Shown: positions 8,724 through 17,781 of the stretch, piece by piece
Position numbering within the stretch: the first letter of the stretch is position 1
Layout of the letters: each line of letters begins with the position of its first letter
Source of the DNA: a virus
DNA length: 64,000 bases
IMG/VR virus record: IMGVR_UViG_3300021138_000002
Location: 64,001-128,000 of that record
Reading direction: 5' to 3' (one strand)
The notes under the pieces: generated by a model
Database searches by the model: none
What the model saw: only the letters and a program-made list of their open reading frames with translations
What the model was told of the DNA's origin: nothing
Position numbers and translations under genes: made by a program

Positions 8724-9371
8724 ATGGCTCGATATCTAAAAGAACATCTCAGCTTTACTCAGGCCAACATTGAACTGTTGACTGAGGAAGCTGCTGATGG
8801 ACACGGCAAAACTTTAAAACTCAAAGGAATTTGCATTGAGGGCGGCGTAAGAAACGCCAACGAGCGTGTGTATCCAGTAACCGAAATAGCCAAAGCAGTA
8901 GACACCATCAATGAACAAATCAAGAGTGGTCACAGTGTGTTGGGTGAAGTAGATCATCCAGACGATTTGAAAATCAATCTAGATCGAGTCAGTCACATGA
9001 TTGAACGCATGTGGATGGAAGGTCCTTGCGGATACGGCACATTAAAAATATTACCCACACCCATGGGCGAACTGGTAAAAACCATGTTGACCAACGGTGT
9101 AAAACTAGGTGTTAGCAGTCGTGGATCAGGAAATGTCAACGACGCCAACGGACATGTCAGTGACTTTGAAATCGTCACTGTGGATGTGGTTGCTCAGCCC
9201 AGTGCTCCAAATGCATATCCCACAGCAATATACGAAGGCCTGTTAAATCATGCCGGCGGACAACGCTTGTTGGATATGTTCAAAGACCCGGCTAAAAGCA
9301 ACAAAGCAAAGAGCTATGTACGAGACGAAGTGATTCGCCTTATACGTGGTCTCAAAATAGAAGGGAAATAA
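8724..9371 (+). CDS. gp21: prohead protease (T4 gp21-like)
   Basis: NANERVYP, LGEVDHP, LGVSSRGSG and DVVAQPSAPNAY motifs. Confidence 0.95.
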   Translation: MARYLKEHLSFTQANIELLTEEAADGHGKTLKLKGICIEGGVRNANERVYPVTEIAKAVDTINEQIKSGHSVLGEVDHPDDLKINLDRVSHMIERMWMEGPCGYGTLKILPTPMGELVKTMLTNGVKLGVSSRGSGNVNDANGHVSDFEIVTVDVVAQPSAPNAYPTAIYEGLLNHAGGQRLLDMFKDPAKSNKAKSYVRDEVIRLIRGLKIEGK

Positions 9372-9375
9372 TACT

Positions 9376-10461
9376 ATGTTAGATAGTTTAAAACCGTTAC
9401 TAGACAGCGACTTGATCAACGAGGAAGCTCAACAGCAGATCACTGAAGCCTGGGAAGCCAAGCTCAATGAAGCTCGTGAACAAGTGCGTGCAGAACTCCG
9501 CGAAGAGTTTGCACAACGTTTAGAGCATGACAAACAAGTAATGGTGGAAGCCCTGGATCGTATGGTAACAGAAGGTCTACAAGCAGAGATCCAAGCAGTT
9601 CAAGCTGAAAAGCAACAACTTGCTGAAGATCGTGTACGTTTTCAAGCCAAAATGAAAGAAAGTTCCACCAAGTTTAACGACTTTATGGTAACCAAATTGG
9701 CTGAAGAAATCGGCGAACTGCGTAAAGATCGCAAGATGCATACCGAAGGTATTGAGAAGTTAGAAAACTTTGTGGTACATGCACTTGCCAGCGAAATTCG
9801 TGAATTTGCACAAGACAAACAGGACGTGGTTAAAACCAAGGTCCGTTTGGTTCGCGAAGCTCGTCGTCAGTTGGAAACACTCAAAGCACGTTTCGTAACA
9901 GAAAGTGCCAAGAAAATGTCCAACGCTGTTGGCCGTCATCTCAAGGCTGAACTCAATCAGTTGCAGGAAGATATCAAAGTTGCTCGCGAGAACAATTTTG
10001 GTCGTAGAATTTTTGAAGCATACGCAGCAGAATTTGGTGCTACCCATTTAAATGAGAAAGCCGAAGTTCGCAAGTTGCACAGCATTATTGCTCAAAGAGA
10101 AAAACAACTGGGTGAGGCCATCCAACTTTCAGCCAAGGCAAAAACCTTAGTTGAAAGCAAAGAACGCGAAATACGCATAATCAAGGAATCCAATGAACGC
10201 GAAAGCACCATGGACGAATTGCTTGCTCCTTTAAACAAGGAAAAACAAGCACTAATGCGTAATTTGTTGGAAAGTGTACAGACAGCTAGACTGTCCAGTG
10301 CTTTCGAAAAGTATCTACCGGCTGTATTGGCAGACAAATCTGTGAAAGCACCACGAGTGATCACAGAGAACGTTTCCGTTGCAACTGGCGATAAATCTGC
10401 CCGTGTCCAGGAAGAAGATCACAGCAATGTGATTGACCTCAAGCGTCTGGCAGGGCTTTAA
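9376..10461 (+). CDS. gp22: prohead scaffold protein (T4 gp22-like)
   Basis: Coiled-coil, Glu/Lys-rich; GRRIFEAY motif; between protease and capsid genes. Confidence 0.85.
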   Translation: MLDSLKPLLDSDLINEEAQQQITEAWEAKLNEAREQVRAELREEFAQRLEHDKQVMVEALDRMVTEGLQAEIQAVQAEKQQLAEDRVRFQAKMKESSTKFNDFMVTKLAEEIGELRKDRKMHTEGIEKLENFVVHALASEIREFAQDKQDVVKTKVRLVREARRQLETLKARFVTESAKKMSNAVGRHLKAELNQLQEDIKVARENNFGRRIFEAYAAEFGATHLNEKAEVRKLHSIIAQREKQLGEAIQLSAKAKTLVESKEREIRIIKESNERESTMDELLAPLNKEKQALMRNLLESVQTARLSSAFEKYLPAVLADKSVKAPRVITENVSVATGDKSARVQEEDHSNVIDLKRLAGL

Positions 10462-10486
10462 AATTAGATAGAAAAAGGAGACTTAA

Positions 10487-11683
10487 ATGTCACAAGAATT
10501 ATTAGAAAGTCGTTGGGGAGAAACCAAAGAAGCATTGCTCGAGGGCTTAAATGGCTCAAAACGCAATTCAATGGCAGTTATCCTTGAAAATACCAAAAAG
10601 TACTTGAAAGAGAACGCAACTTCTGGTTCTACTGCAAGCGGCAACATCGCTACCTTGAACAGAGTGATTCTGCCAGTGATACGACGTGTTATGCCAACTG
10701 TTATCGCTAACGAGTTGGTAGGCGTACAGCCAATGACAGGTCCAGTGGGTCAAATCCACACATTGCGTGTAAGATACGCACAGAGCTTGACTGACAACAG
10801 CCAAGCAGCAACTAGTGTAACAGCCGGCCAAGAAGCATTAAGCCCGTTCACTATTGCAACTGCATACTCCACAGTTCCACAAGGTGCTACTACTGCTAGC
10901 GGTTACACTGGCAATAACACAGCTACCATGGAAGGTACTGGCGGTAAGCAGATTAGTGTTCAGATCTTGAAACAGGCTGTTGAAGCTAAGACTCGTAAGT
11001 TACAAGCACGTTGGACTTTTGAATCTGCACAAGACGCACAAGCCATGCATGGTATTGACGTTGAAGCAGAAATCATGGCTGCTCTTGCACAAGAGATCAC
11101 AGCTGAGATCGATCAAGAGATCCTCTTGAGCTTGCAGACTTTGGCTGCAACCGAGTACACATACAACCAAGCTACTGTATCTGGTACTGCTACATTCGTT
11201 GGTGACGAGCACGCTGCTTTGGCTGTTCTTATCAACAGAGTTGCAAACTTGATCGCTCAGCGTACACGTCGTGGTGCTGGTAACTGGTGTGTTGTAAGTC
11301 CAGCAAGTTTAACTGTTTTACAAAGTGCAACAACTAGTGCATTTGCTCGTACAACAGAAGGTACTTTTGAAGCTCCTACAAACACCAAGTTTGTTGGTAC
11401 TTTAAACGGTGCTATGCGTGTGTTTGTAAACAGCTATGCTCAAGACACACAGAGCGTATTGGTAGGTTACAAAGGTACATCAGAAGCTGATGCTGCCGCG
11501 TTCTACTGCCCATACATTCCGTTAATGAGCTCTGGCGTTGTATTAGATCCGTCAACCTTCGAACCAGTCGTATCATTTATGACACGTTATGGCTTCGTAG
11601 AATTAACGAACACTGCCTCGAGTTTCGGGAACGCCGCCGACTACGTGGGGGAGATTGCCGTCCAGAACCTTAGTTTTTCCTAA
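10487..11683 (+). CDS. gp23: major capsid protein (T4 gp23-like)
   Basis: RRVMPTVIANELVGVQPMTGPVG, AKTRKLQARWT.E.AQD, FYCPYIPL and TRYG motifs. Confidence 0.97.
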   Translation: MSQELLESRWGETKEALLEGLNGSKRNSMAVILENTKKYLKENATSGSTASGNIATLNRVILPVIRRVMPTVIANELVGVQPMTGPVGQIHTLRVRYAQSLTDNSQAATSVTAGQEALSPFTIATAYSTVPQGATTASGYTGNNTATMEGTGGKQISVQILKQAVEAKTRKLQARWTFESAQDAQAMHGIDVEAEIMAALAQEITAEIDQEILLSLQTLAATEYTYNQATVSGTATFVGDEHAALAVLINRVANLIAQRTRRGAGNWCVVSPASLTVLQSATTSAFARTTEGTFEAPTNTKFVGTLNGAMRVFVNSYAQDTQSVLVGYKGTSEADAAAFYCPYIPLMSSGVVLDPSTFEPVVSFMTRYGFVELTNTASSFGNAADYVGEIAVQNLSFS

Positions 11684-11756
11684 TCGAAAAACAAAAGGTT
11701 TGTACTGCGTCTATCAGACGTATCAAAAACAAAAACAACCCAGGGATGGGGAGTTG

Positions 11757-11786
11757 CAAGAAAGCACCGCAAGGTGCTTTCTTGTT
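11757..11786 (+). terminator. rho-independent terminator after the capsid gene
   Basis: CAAGAAAGCACC-GCAA-GGTGCTTTCTTG perfect 12-bp stem. Confidence 0.8.
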
Positions 11787-11840
11787 GACCGCAGTATCAA
11801 TCCTGCCCATCAGTATAAATACTCCAAACAAAGGAACACT

Positions 11841-12920
11841 ATGGGATTTTCAATTGGACCAGGATGGAATTTTGCCGGCGGCTGGGCCGTTGGTCCTGCA
11901 ATAGGTGGCGGCGGTGGTGGCTTGACCTGGACTGCTGTTTCTACCATGGGCACGGCAACGGTTCTTGGTGGTATTGGTCAAGTGGTCTATGGTTCGGGAA
12001 CTACCTTTGTGGCAGTTGGTATAAATTCGGTCAATGTACCGGTGTACTCAATCAGTACCAATGGCCTTACCTGGAGCACTCCGGTCGCTATAAACGGAAC
12101 AAACACCGCGGTCAGTCAGATGACAGCCATAGCCTATGGATCGGGAACTTATGTGGCACTGGGCTACGATAACAGTTATAATTCGCTTTACACTTATAGC
12201 ACCAACGGTACCACCTGGATAACTCCAACTGCCCTGGCCGGCGATTCTGCCGGAAACGGGCTGAGTACCCTGGCCTATGATGGAACAAAATTTGTGGCGG
12301 TTGGGACCAATAGTACCAATGCCAGATTCTCCTACAGCTCCGACGGTATCAGCTGGGCCAGCATTGCCAATCTTGGTTCTGGATCTGCAGGATACAACCC
12401 ATACGATATCTGTTATGCCAACGGTAAATTTGTCGTGGTTGGTACTGACACCAACGGCTATGCGTCGGTAGTGACCAGCGCCAATGGTACCACCTGGAGC
12501 AATCCCAGCGTGATGGGCTCAAACGGTGCAACTTTTATACAACCGTGCGGTATTGCTTATACCGGTTCAAAATACATAGCCACTGCCAATGATGAAATCA
12601 ACAATTATCCGGTTTATAGTACCAGCACCGATGGTTCCACCTGGACAGCATGGTCATCCTTTAATGGCTATACCACATATTCTTTTGTGTTAACTCATAA
12701 CTGTGCTTACGGCAATGGAAACACAGTGGTGATAGCTCAACGTGTCAGCGACCTGGCGCCTATCTATTCGGTATCGTCTGATGGTGGTTCTACCTGGACT
12801 ACGCCGTCTGCAACTGCTGTAATTGATCAATTTGGCGCAACCTTGTGTTACGGAAATCTAGAGTTTATGGCTGTGGGTCTTGGTTCTTCCAACAACGCTT
12901 CTTATCAGATTTACAAATAA
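11841..12920 (+). CDS. beta-propeller (BNR/Asp-box-like repeat) virion accessory protein
   Basis: About 7 repeats of YGxGxFVAVG...YSTNGxTW; AAGGA SD and TATAAATA (11814-11821) support the 11841 start. Confidence 0.7.
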   Translation: MGFSIGPGWNFAGGWAVGPAIGGGGGGLTWTAVSTMGTATVLGGIGQVVYGSGTTFVAVGINSVNVPVYSISTNGLTWSTPVAINGTNTAVSQMTAIAYGSGTYVALGYDNSYNSLYTYSTNGTTWITPTALAGDSAGNGLSTLAYDGTKFVAVGTNSTNARFSYSSDGISWASIANLGSGSAGYNPYDICYANGKFVVVGTDTNGYASVVTSANGTTWSNPSVMGSNGATFIQPCGIAYTGSKYIATANDEINNYPVYSTSTDGSTWTAWSSFNGYTTYSFVLTHNCAYGNGNTVVIAQRVSDLAPIYSVSSDGGSTWTTPSATAVIDQFGATLCYGNLEFMAVGLGSSNNASYQIYK

Positions 12921-12984
12921 TTGTTTCTAGTACTGTGACATTTGTGATTTCCATATAAATACTCTAAACAATAAAGGAACACAC

Positions 12985-13719
12985 ATGGTCGCACCATTAA
13001 TAATTGGAACAGGAATCACAGTAGAAGGCGGTATTTCAATAGGCCCAGGCGGCCCTTCGGCACCAATAGCCGGCAGCTTTACAATTAATCACACAGATGG
13101 CGGCGGTGGCGGAGTGGCTAATCAAAGTACCGGTGTTGCAGGCTATATAACCGGGACCTATGACTCGTTGACCATAGTGAGCACTGTGGTGACTGGTAGC
13201 GGAACTGGATCAGCTACAGTATCTGGACTTGACATCCTGTATTCAGCCAATCCCAACGTGTCCAATCCTGCCCCGACTGTTACAATCACGATCACTTACT
13301 ATGCTTCAAATGGTGGTGCTAATAGTTCTAACGGAGTTATTACAGTAAATGACAAGTGTTGTGTTGTTGCCAACGCCATGACTGAAACCGGCATGTGGGA
13401 TCGCAGTCAGTTGTATCAACTCAATGTTTGGGGTTCCAAAGTACTGGATCAAACATTTATGGGACGTGCTGTACACAAAGGTTACCATGTCATAGCACCC
13501 AAGGTATGGGTTCCGCAGATACAGAAACAAACTGCGATAGGACGTTACTTTGGTTGGACATTCGAAAATGGTACCAATATGTTGCGTGGCAAAAAGTATG
13601 ATCGCCGTGCTCTAGTAAGTATAGTACCCTGGATTGCTGTGTTTACTGTGGTTGGTTTGTTTACCAAGCAAGAAACAGCGACTCGTAGTTGGCAAAATAG
13701 CAACAAGGAAACCAAATAA
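12985..13719 (+). CDS. Gly/Thr-rich beta protein with C-terminal CFI-box-like domain and hydrophobic tail
   Basis: KCCVVANAM...W...GYH.IA...then a hydrophobic IVPWIAVFTVVGLF segment. Confidence 0.5.
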   Translation: MVAPLIIGTGITVEGGISIGPGGPSAPIAGSFTINHTDGGGGGVANQSTGVAGYITGTYDSLTIVSTVVTGSGTGSATVSGLDILYSANPNVSNPAPTVTITITYYASNGGANSSNGVITVNDKCCVVANAMTETGMWDRSQLYQLNVWGSKVLDQTFMGRAVHKGYHVIAPKVWVPQIQKQTAIGRYFGWTFENGTNMLRGKKYDRRALVSIVPWIAVFTVVGLFTKQETATRSWQNSNKETK

Positions 13720-14009
13720 TGACACCAAATTTTGATAATTGTATTCTGCATCATGTAATTTCTGCGGCCGCCAGTATGCCAAATTATGTAAGCCCGGTTG
13801 ATCGGTTAAATCAGCACTTGGCCAATTTGCCAGCGGAATTTGTACAAGAATACTGCACACGATGCGAGAGTATTTTGAAAAGCCGGAGTTTTACTGTTGA
13901 ACAGTTGCAAGGTATGTACATCAACACAGTCTTGCCGATGTTGAACAACACCAACACAGCAGAAGATTTTGGCCGAGAGTTGTTGGCGCTGGTTGGCACA
14001 CTCAACTAA
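13719..14009 (+). CDS. hypothetical protein
   Basis: TAATG stop/start overlap with the previous gene. Confidence 0.55.
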   Translation: MTPNFDNCILHHVISAAASMPNYVSPVDRLNQHLANLPAEFVQEYCTRCESILKSRSFTVEQLQGMYINTVLPMLNNTNTAEDFGRELLALVGTLN

Positions 14010-14048
14010 CAATTTAAAAACAATATTTTACTATAAGGAAAACAAGTC

Positions 14049-14501
14049 ATGTCGGCAGTGGGGATAAAAATAGAATCAGGAATTACCATGGGGGCCGGTA
14101 TTTCAATCGGCGCAGGCTCGGCACCCGGTCCGGCCCCAGGCGGCTCCAACGGAGTGGTCAGCTTTTCAGAAATGACAGCAACTGGAAATATTGTCCAATG
14201 GATCGAAGCCGGAGCGTCGGGCAACGCCACAATGATCACAAACGGATTTATTCAAACTGCCAACGTGGGTACTCCTGGCATCTACAACGGTGTTGCTATT
14301 GTATCGTTGACAGCCAACAATCAGGCATTCTTCAGCACTTACGGCACAGGAAATAGAACGGCCACATGGAGTGCAGGCAGCACCTATACCAGTCCAATGA
14401 CTGTGAATCTTGCTAACAATTCTGGTAATGCAATAGTATTTTACATGAACAACGTGCCTGCTTTCCCGGCCACATTCATATTCCCAGTAACATTCAGCTA
14501 A
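14049..14501 (+). CDS. putative virion accessory protein
   Basis: AAGGA SD; N-terminal IESGITMGAGISIG tag, PG linker, beta-rich body. Confidence 0.6.
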   Translation: MSAVGIKIESGITMGAGISIGAGSAPGPAPGGSNGVVSFSEMTATGNIVQWIEAGASGNATMITNGFIQTANVGTPGIYNGVAIVSLTANNQAFFSTYGTGNRTATWSAGSTYTSPMTVNLANNSGNAIVFYMNNVPAFPATFIFPVTFS

Positions 14502-14522
14502 AAATCATCTAGGTATATTTGT

Positions 14523-15410
14523 TTAATTGGGCAACAGAAACTGTTGCACCTGCGGCAAATCAAATATCATCTGCGGCAACTGATCGTGTGGAAACGGTCT
14601 CAATACCGAATTGGGATCCCAGGTCAAGCTGGCGCCTTCTCGGAATTGGATACCTCGTTGTACATGAGCCTGGTGTCCGCGATTGGGCCAGTGTGCATAA
14701 CTCCTGCTTTTGGTGGTGATTCTGTCGTCGCCGCCCATCCAGCTAAAATGCCAACCAAATTCGTCAAATATCTTGCCGTCTAAAGTAGGAGCCAAGATCT
14801 CAAACGGCACATGATACTCGCATCTGATTCTGTGCGGAGTGGTCTGTGCTATCAGAGATTTACGACAGATGCTCATGGCCGTGCGCCAGGTAAACGGCCA
14901 GCCCGCAGTTGAATACGGACGCAGATCGGCCCGACCGTAGAGATTGATCAAGGGCAATTTTATCACAGCACCGGGATTGCCCTGTGCCACGTTTAACGCA
15001 AATCCGATATGGTCGGGATTGATGATTTCGTCGCAGTCGCTCATTATGATCCAATCATTGTTGTCAAATTGGTCAATGACTTTTAGTAATCCGTTGCGTT
15101 GATGGCGATCGCGGGCCACAGCTTGTATAGATGCAATGTCTCCGCGATCTTCGGCAAATTGGGCATCAAAATCTTGTCGTTCCATCTGCAAGTTGATGTC
15201 ATCGGCATGGTTAAGCTCGATCACAGTGATTCGTTCTTGCGGCAAGCCCAGTTCCGCAATTAGGTTTTTTACTTGAAATGTCCTGGGCAGGCCAGTGTGA
15301 GTTTTGTCAGCTTCGCAAATCACAAAATGATCTACATGGTCCTGTAGGAGCCGTATTCGTAATTCCAGTAATTCGCGTTCGATAAAATAGGGAAAATAGT
15401 CAACCAGCAT
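14523..15410 (-). CDS. glycosyltransferase family 17-like
   Basis: D.FPYF.E.ELLELRI..L...VD.FVI.EA..THTG, QRN, IIMSDCDEI and GWHFSWMGG; start at the TGATG overlap (15410). Confidence 0.8.
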   Translation of the reverse strand: MLVDYFPYFIERELLELRIRLLQDHVDHFVICEADKTHTGLPRTFQVKNLIAELGLPQERITVIELNHADDINLQMERQDFDAQFAEDRGDIASIQAVARDRHQRNGLLKVIDQFDNNDWIIMSDCDEIINPDHIGFALNVAQGNPGAVIKLPLINLYGRADLRPYSTAGWPFTWRTAMSICRKSLIAQTTPHRIRCEYHVPFEILAPTLDGKIFDEFGWHFSWMGGDDRITTKSRSYAHWPNRGHQAHVQRGIQFREGASLTWDPNSVLRPFPHDQLPQMIFDLPQVQQFLLPN

Positions 15411-16558
15411 CAGACCTTGAACCAACTGAGATATTGATGTATCTTGTCGGTCACTGTGGCCCAGTCGCCCATTTTGGGCTGTCTGAACAGTCTTGCTGTG
15501 CTGTACCACGGACTGCTATCTCTATTCAACAACCAGCGCCAATCCAGGGCAAACCAGCTGAGCATGACCCAGGTTGGACGGCCTAATGCTCCAGATAAGT
15601 GTGCGACCGCAGTGTCCACAGCCAAGACCACATCGCAATGATGTATCAAGGCAGCACTGTCAGCAAAACTTTGTACTGATCCTGGATAGCAGGCCACGCC
15701 TGCTGCCATCAATGCGTCATTTTCTTCTTGGGTGCAATCAACCTGTAGATTGATCCATTCGTAATTGGGATTGCGTTTTATCAAAGCCAGCATGTCAGCG
15801 AACGGCATGCCCTTGTGTCTGTTGATCCAGGTATCTCTGCGTCCTGACCAACAAAAGCCCACACGTAATCGACGTTTCAATCCCAGACGATCTTGCCAGG
15901 TACGGACGCGACCTGCATCGGCTGCAAGATAATACTGCATGTGACCAAGATTTTCCAAGGTAGTGCCAATCACACCCGGAATGCTCATGATCGGAATCCA
16001 GTAATCAAATCCCACTGGAGTTTCTTCGTAAGGAATCAGTCTGGCAATAGTTTTGGAATTTTCAAGCAACGGAATCAGGCTGGCATTAACATGTACCCAA
16101 ACCTGAGCACCGCGTTGGGCCAAGTCTCCCACAAAGCGTATAAATTGTATGTTGTCCCCGTGACCTTGCTCGCCCACGACCAATATGGTCTTGCCTTGCA
16201 GATCCTGTCCAGTCCATCTGGGCTGTTCGTATTTGGGCAGGAGGCCGTTTAGATGTTCGTATTGCCAGCGGTATTCGTACTGTTTCCAACCATTGGCATA
16301 GTCGCCCATCAAGAGCCAGGCCACGGCCAGATTGAACCGGGCTGTGATATTGGCCGGATCCAGCTGTATGGCTCGTTGCAAAAATGGCACAGCCGCTTCG
16401 GGCTCGGCACACTCTCTCAGCACATTACCGTAGTTGTTGAAGGCAGCCGCACAGTTTCTGTCCTGGGCGATAGCTTGCACATAACAGGCCAAGGCCTGTT
16501 CGGGATTGTTTTGTTCTCTATGGGCATTGCCCTGGGCGATCAGTTCGTTTACGTTCAT
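15410..16558 (-). CDS. TPR-repeat protein with GT-B (GT9-like) glycosyltransferase domain
   Basis: N-terminal TPRs; EQGHGDNIQFIRF; VLAVDTAVAHLSGALGRPTWVML..DWRW...SPWY. Confidence 0.85.
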   Translation of the reverse strand: MNVNELIAQGNAHREQNNPEQALACYVQAIAQDRNCAAAFNNYGNVLRECAEPEAAVPFLQRAIQLDPANITARFNLAVAWLLMGDYANGWKQYEYRWQYEHLNGLLPKYEQPRWTGQDLQGKTILVVGEQGHGDNIQFIRFVGDLAQRGAQVWVHVNASLIPLLENSKTIARLIPYEETPVGFDYWIPIMSIPGVIGTTLENLGHMQYYLAADAGRVRTWQDRLGLKRRLRVGFCWSGRRDTWINRHKGMPFADMLALIKRNPNYEWINLQVDCTQEENDALMAAGVACYPGSVQSFADSAALIHHCDVVLAVDTAVAHLSGALGRPTWVMLSWFALDWRWLLNRDSSPWYSTARLFRQPKMGDWATVTDKIHQYLSWFKV

Positions 16559-16605
16559 GGCAATATTTAATTGGGTGTCAGTCCTGGTAAAATATTTTGA
16601 CGCCA

Positions 16606-16704
16606 TAAATACTAATCAACGCAATGGTGCGTTTTATGCTGGTCGGGAAACCCAACAGCGTAGCAGAATAGAACCTGCATTGGACTTCTTTAAGGAGAAA
16701 ACAA
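16606..16704 (+). promoter_or_regulatory. late promoter followed by a structured ~90-nt 5' leader
   Basis: TAAATA, then three consecutive hairpins (16618-16633, 16635-16662, 16663-16678), then an AAGGAG SD. Confidence 0.5.
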
Positions 16705-17664
16705 ATGGGTCGTCCGTTAAAAATTAAAAAATCCACAACCAAGGATATTGGTTTTAATGACTTTGGTAATGTAGAAGTGCCTGTAATTCCGGTTGGCATA
16801 ACAAGCACAGAATTTTTGGGTGTGGTAGGTGGTGCCAATACTGGCATCGCAACTTCCAGCTATCCAGTAGTGCAAATCACAGCCAACGTGAATGGTCAGC
16901 AGGGCAGTGCTTACATCATTACACAAAAAGGTCAAACCAAATACTTGGTGGCCGGCGAAGATTCAGTTTACGCCAACAGTCTCACACAAGGTTTCAGCTA
17001 TCAAATCACCAATTTAGGTACAGGCACAAACTGGACACAGTTAGGCGCTGGTATCAACCCACAAGTGGGACAAGTTTTCACCTGTACTCTCCCAATTGGG
17101 TCCGGCACCGGAAACGGCACAGCCAGCGATTGCGGACAGTGCACCTTGGTAACCAGCGGCACACTTAGCTCTGGTCAAATGAACATGGTATTCAATGCCA
17201 ATGGTGGATCAGCTTACGCCAGCCGTCTCACAAACAAGTACATCTGGGATGCCTCAAATACTCGCTATGCTGTAAACTTCTTTGTGGCAGGTACCAATAC
17301 TCCGCTTGCTTTGGCCAACGTCACCATCACCGGCAACGCAGGCACATTCACTTGTTCTAACACCAATATTGGTCTAGGCGAATTGATCACAGTCACTGGC
17401 ACATTGAGCAACGTGGCCACTGGCACAATCTCTGGTTACAGCAACCCAACCACTTATTATGTGATCAACACTAACGGCGTCAATACCTTTACTTTGAGTA
17501 CCACAGAAGGCGGTGCCAATATCACTACTGGCACTGGTAATACTACTGGATTGACATTCAACACCATAAGTTCAACCACATTCAAGTCTGGAGCAGATCC
17601 GGTAACTTGGACCAATGGTACTGGCAATTTGATCCTGGCACAGGTTCAGAATTACACATCATAA
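16705..17664 (+). CDS. putative virion structural protein (fibre/collar associated)
   Basis: MGRPLK N-terminus, YIITQKG..KYLV, Thr/Gly/Asn-rich beta domains; strong SD and own terminator. Confidence 0.6.
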   Translation: MGRPLKIKKSTTKDIGFNDFGNVEVPVIPVGITSTEFLGVVGGANTGIATSSYPVVQITANVNGQQGSAYIITQKGQTKYLVAGEDSVYANSLTQGFSYQITNLGTGTNWTQLGAGINPQVGQVFTCTLPIGSGTGNGTASDCGQCTLVTSGTLSSGQMNMVFNANGGSAYASRLTNKYIWDASNTRYAVNFFVAGTNTPLALANVTITGNAGTFTCSNTNIGLGELITVTGTLSNVATGTISGYSNPTTYYVINTNGVNTFTLSTTEGGANITTGTGNTTGLTFNTISSTTFKSGADPVTWTNGTGNLILAQVQNYTS

Positions 17665-17679
17665 CGCAGTTTTGTGTGG

Positions 17680-17708
17680 AAAAAACCCGTACCTGTTACG
17701 GGTTTTTA
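17680..17708 (+). terminator. rho-independent terminator
   Basis: AAAAACCCGTA-CCTGT-TACGGGTTTTT. Confidence 0.75.
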
Positions 17709-17781
17709 AATGAGTCAAAATTCTAAACACAGTCCCGGTTTTATGCGGGCACTGGTAAATATATCATAATAGGAGAAAACC

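Noticed and set aside
11655-11840. N-terminal extension of the 11655..12920 ORF
   Set aside because: It overlaps the capsid stop and terminator; the promoter and SD support the start at 11841.
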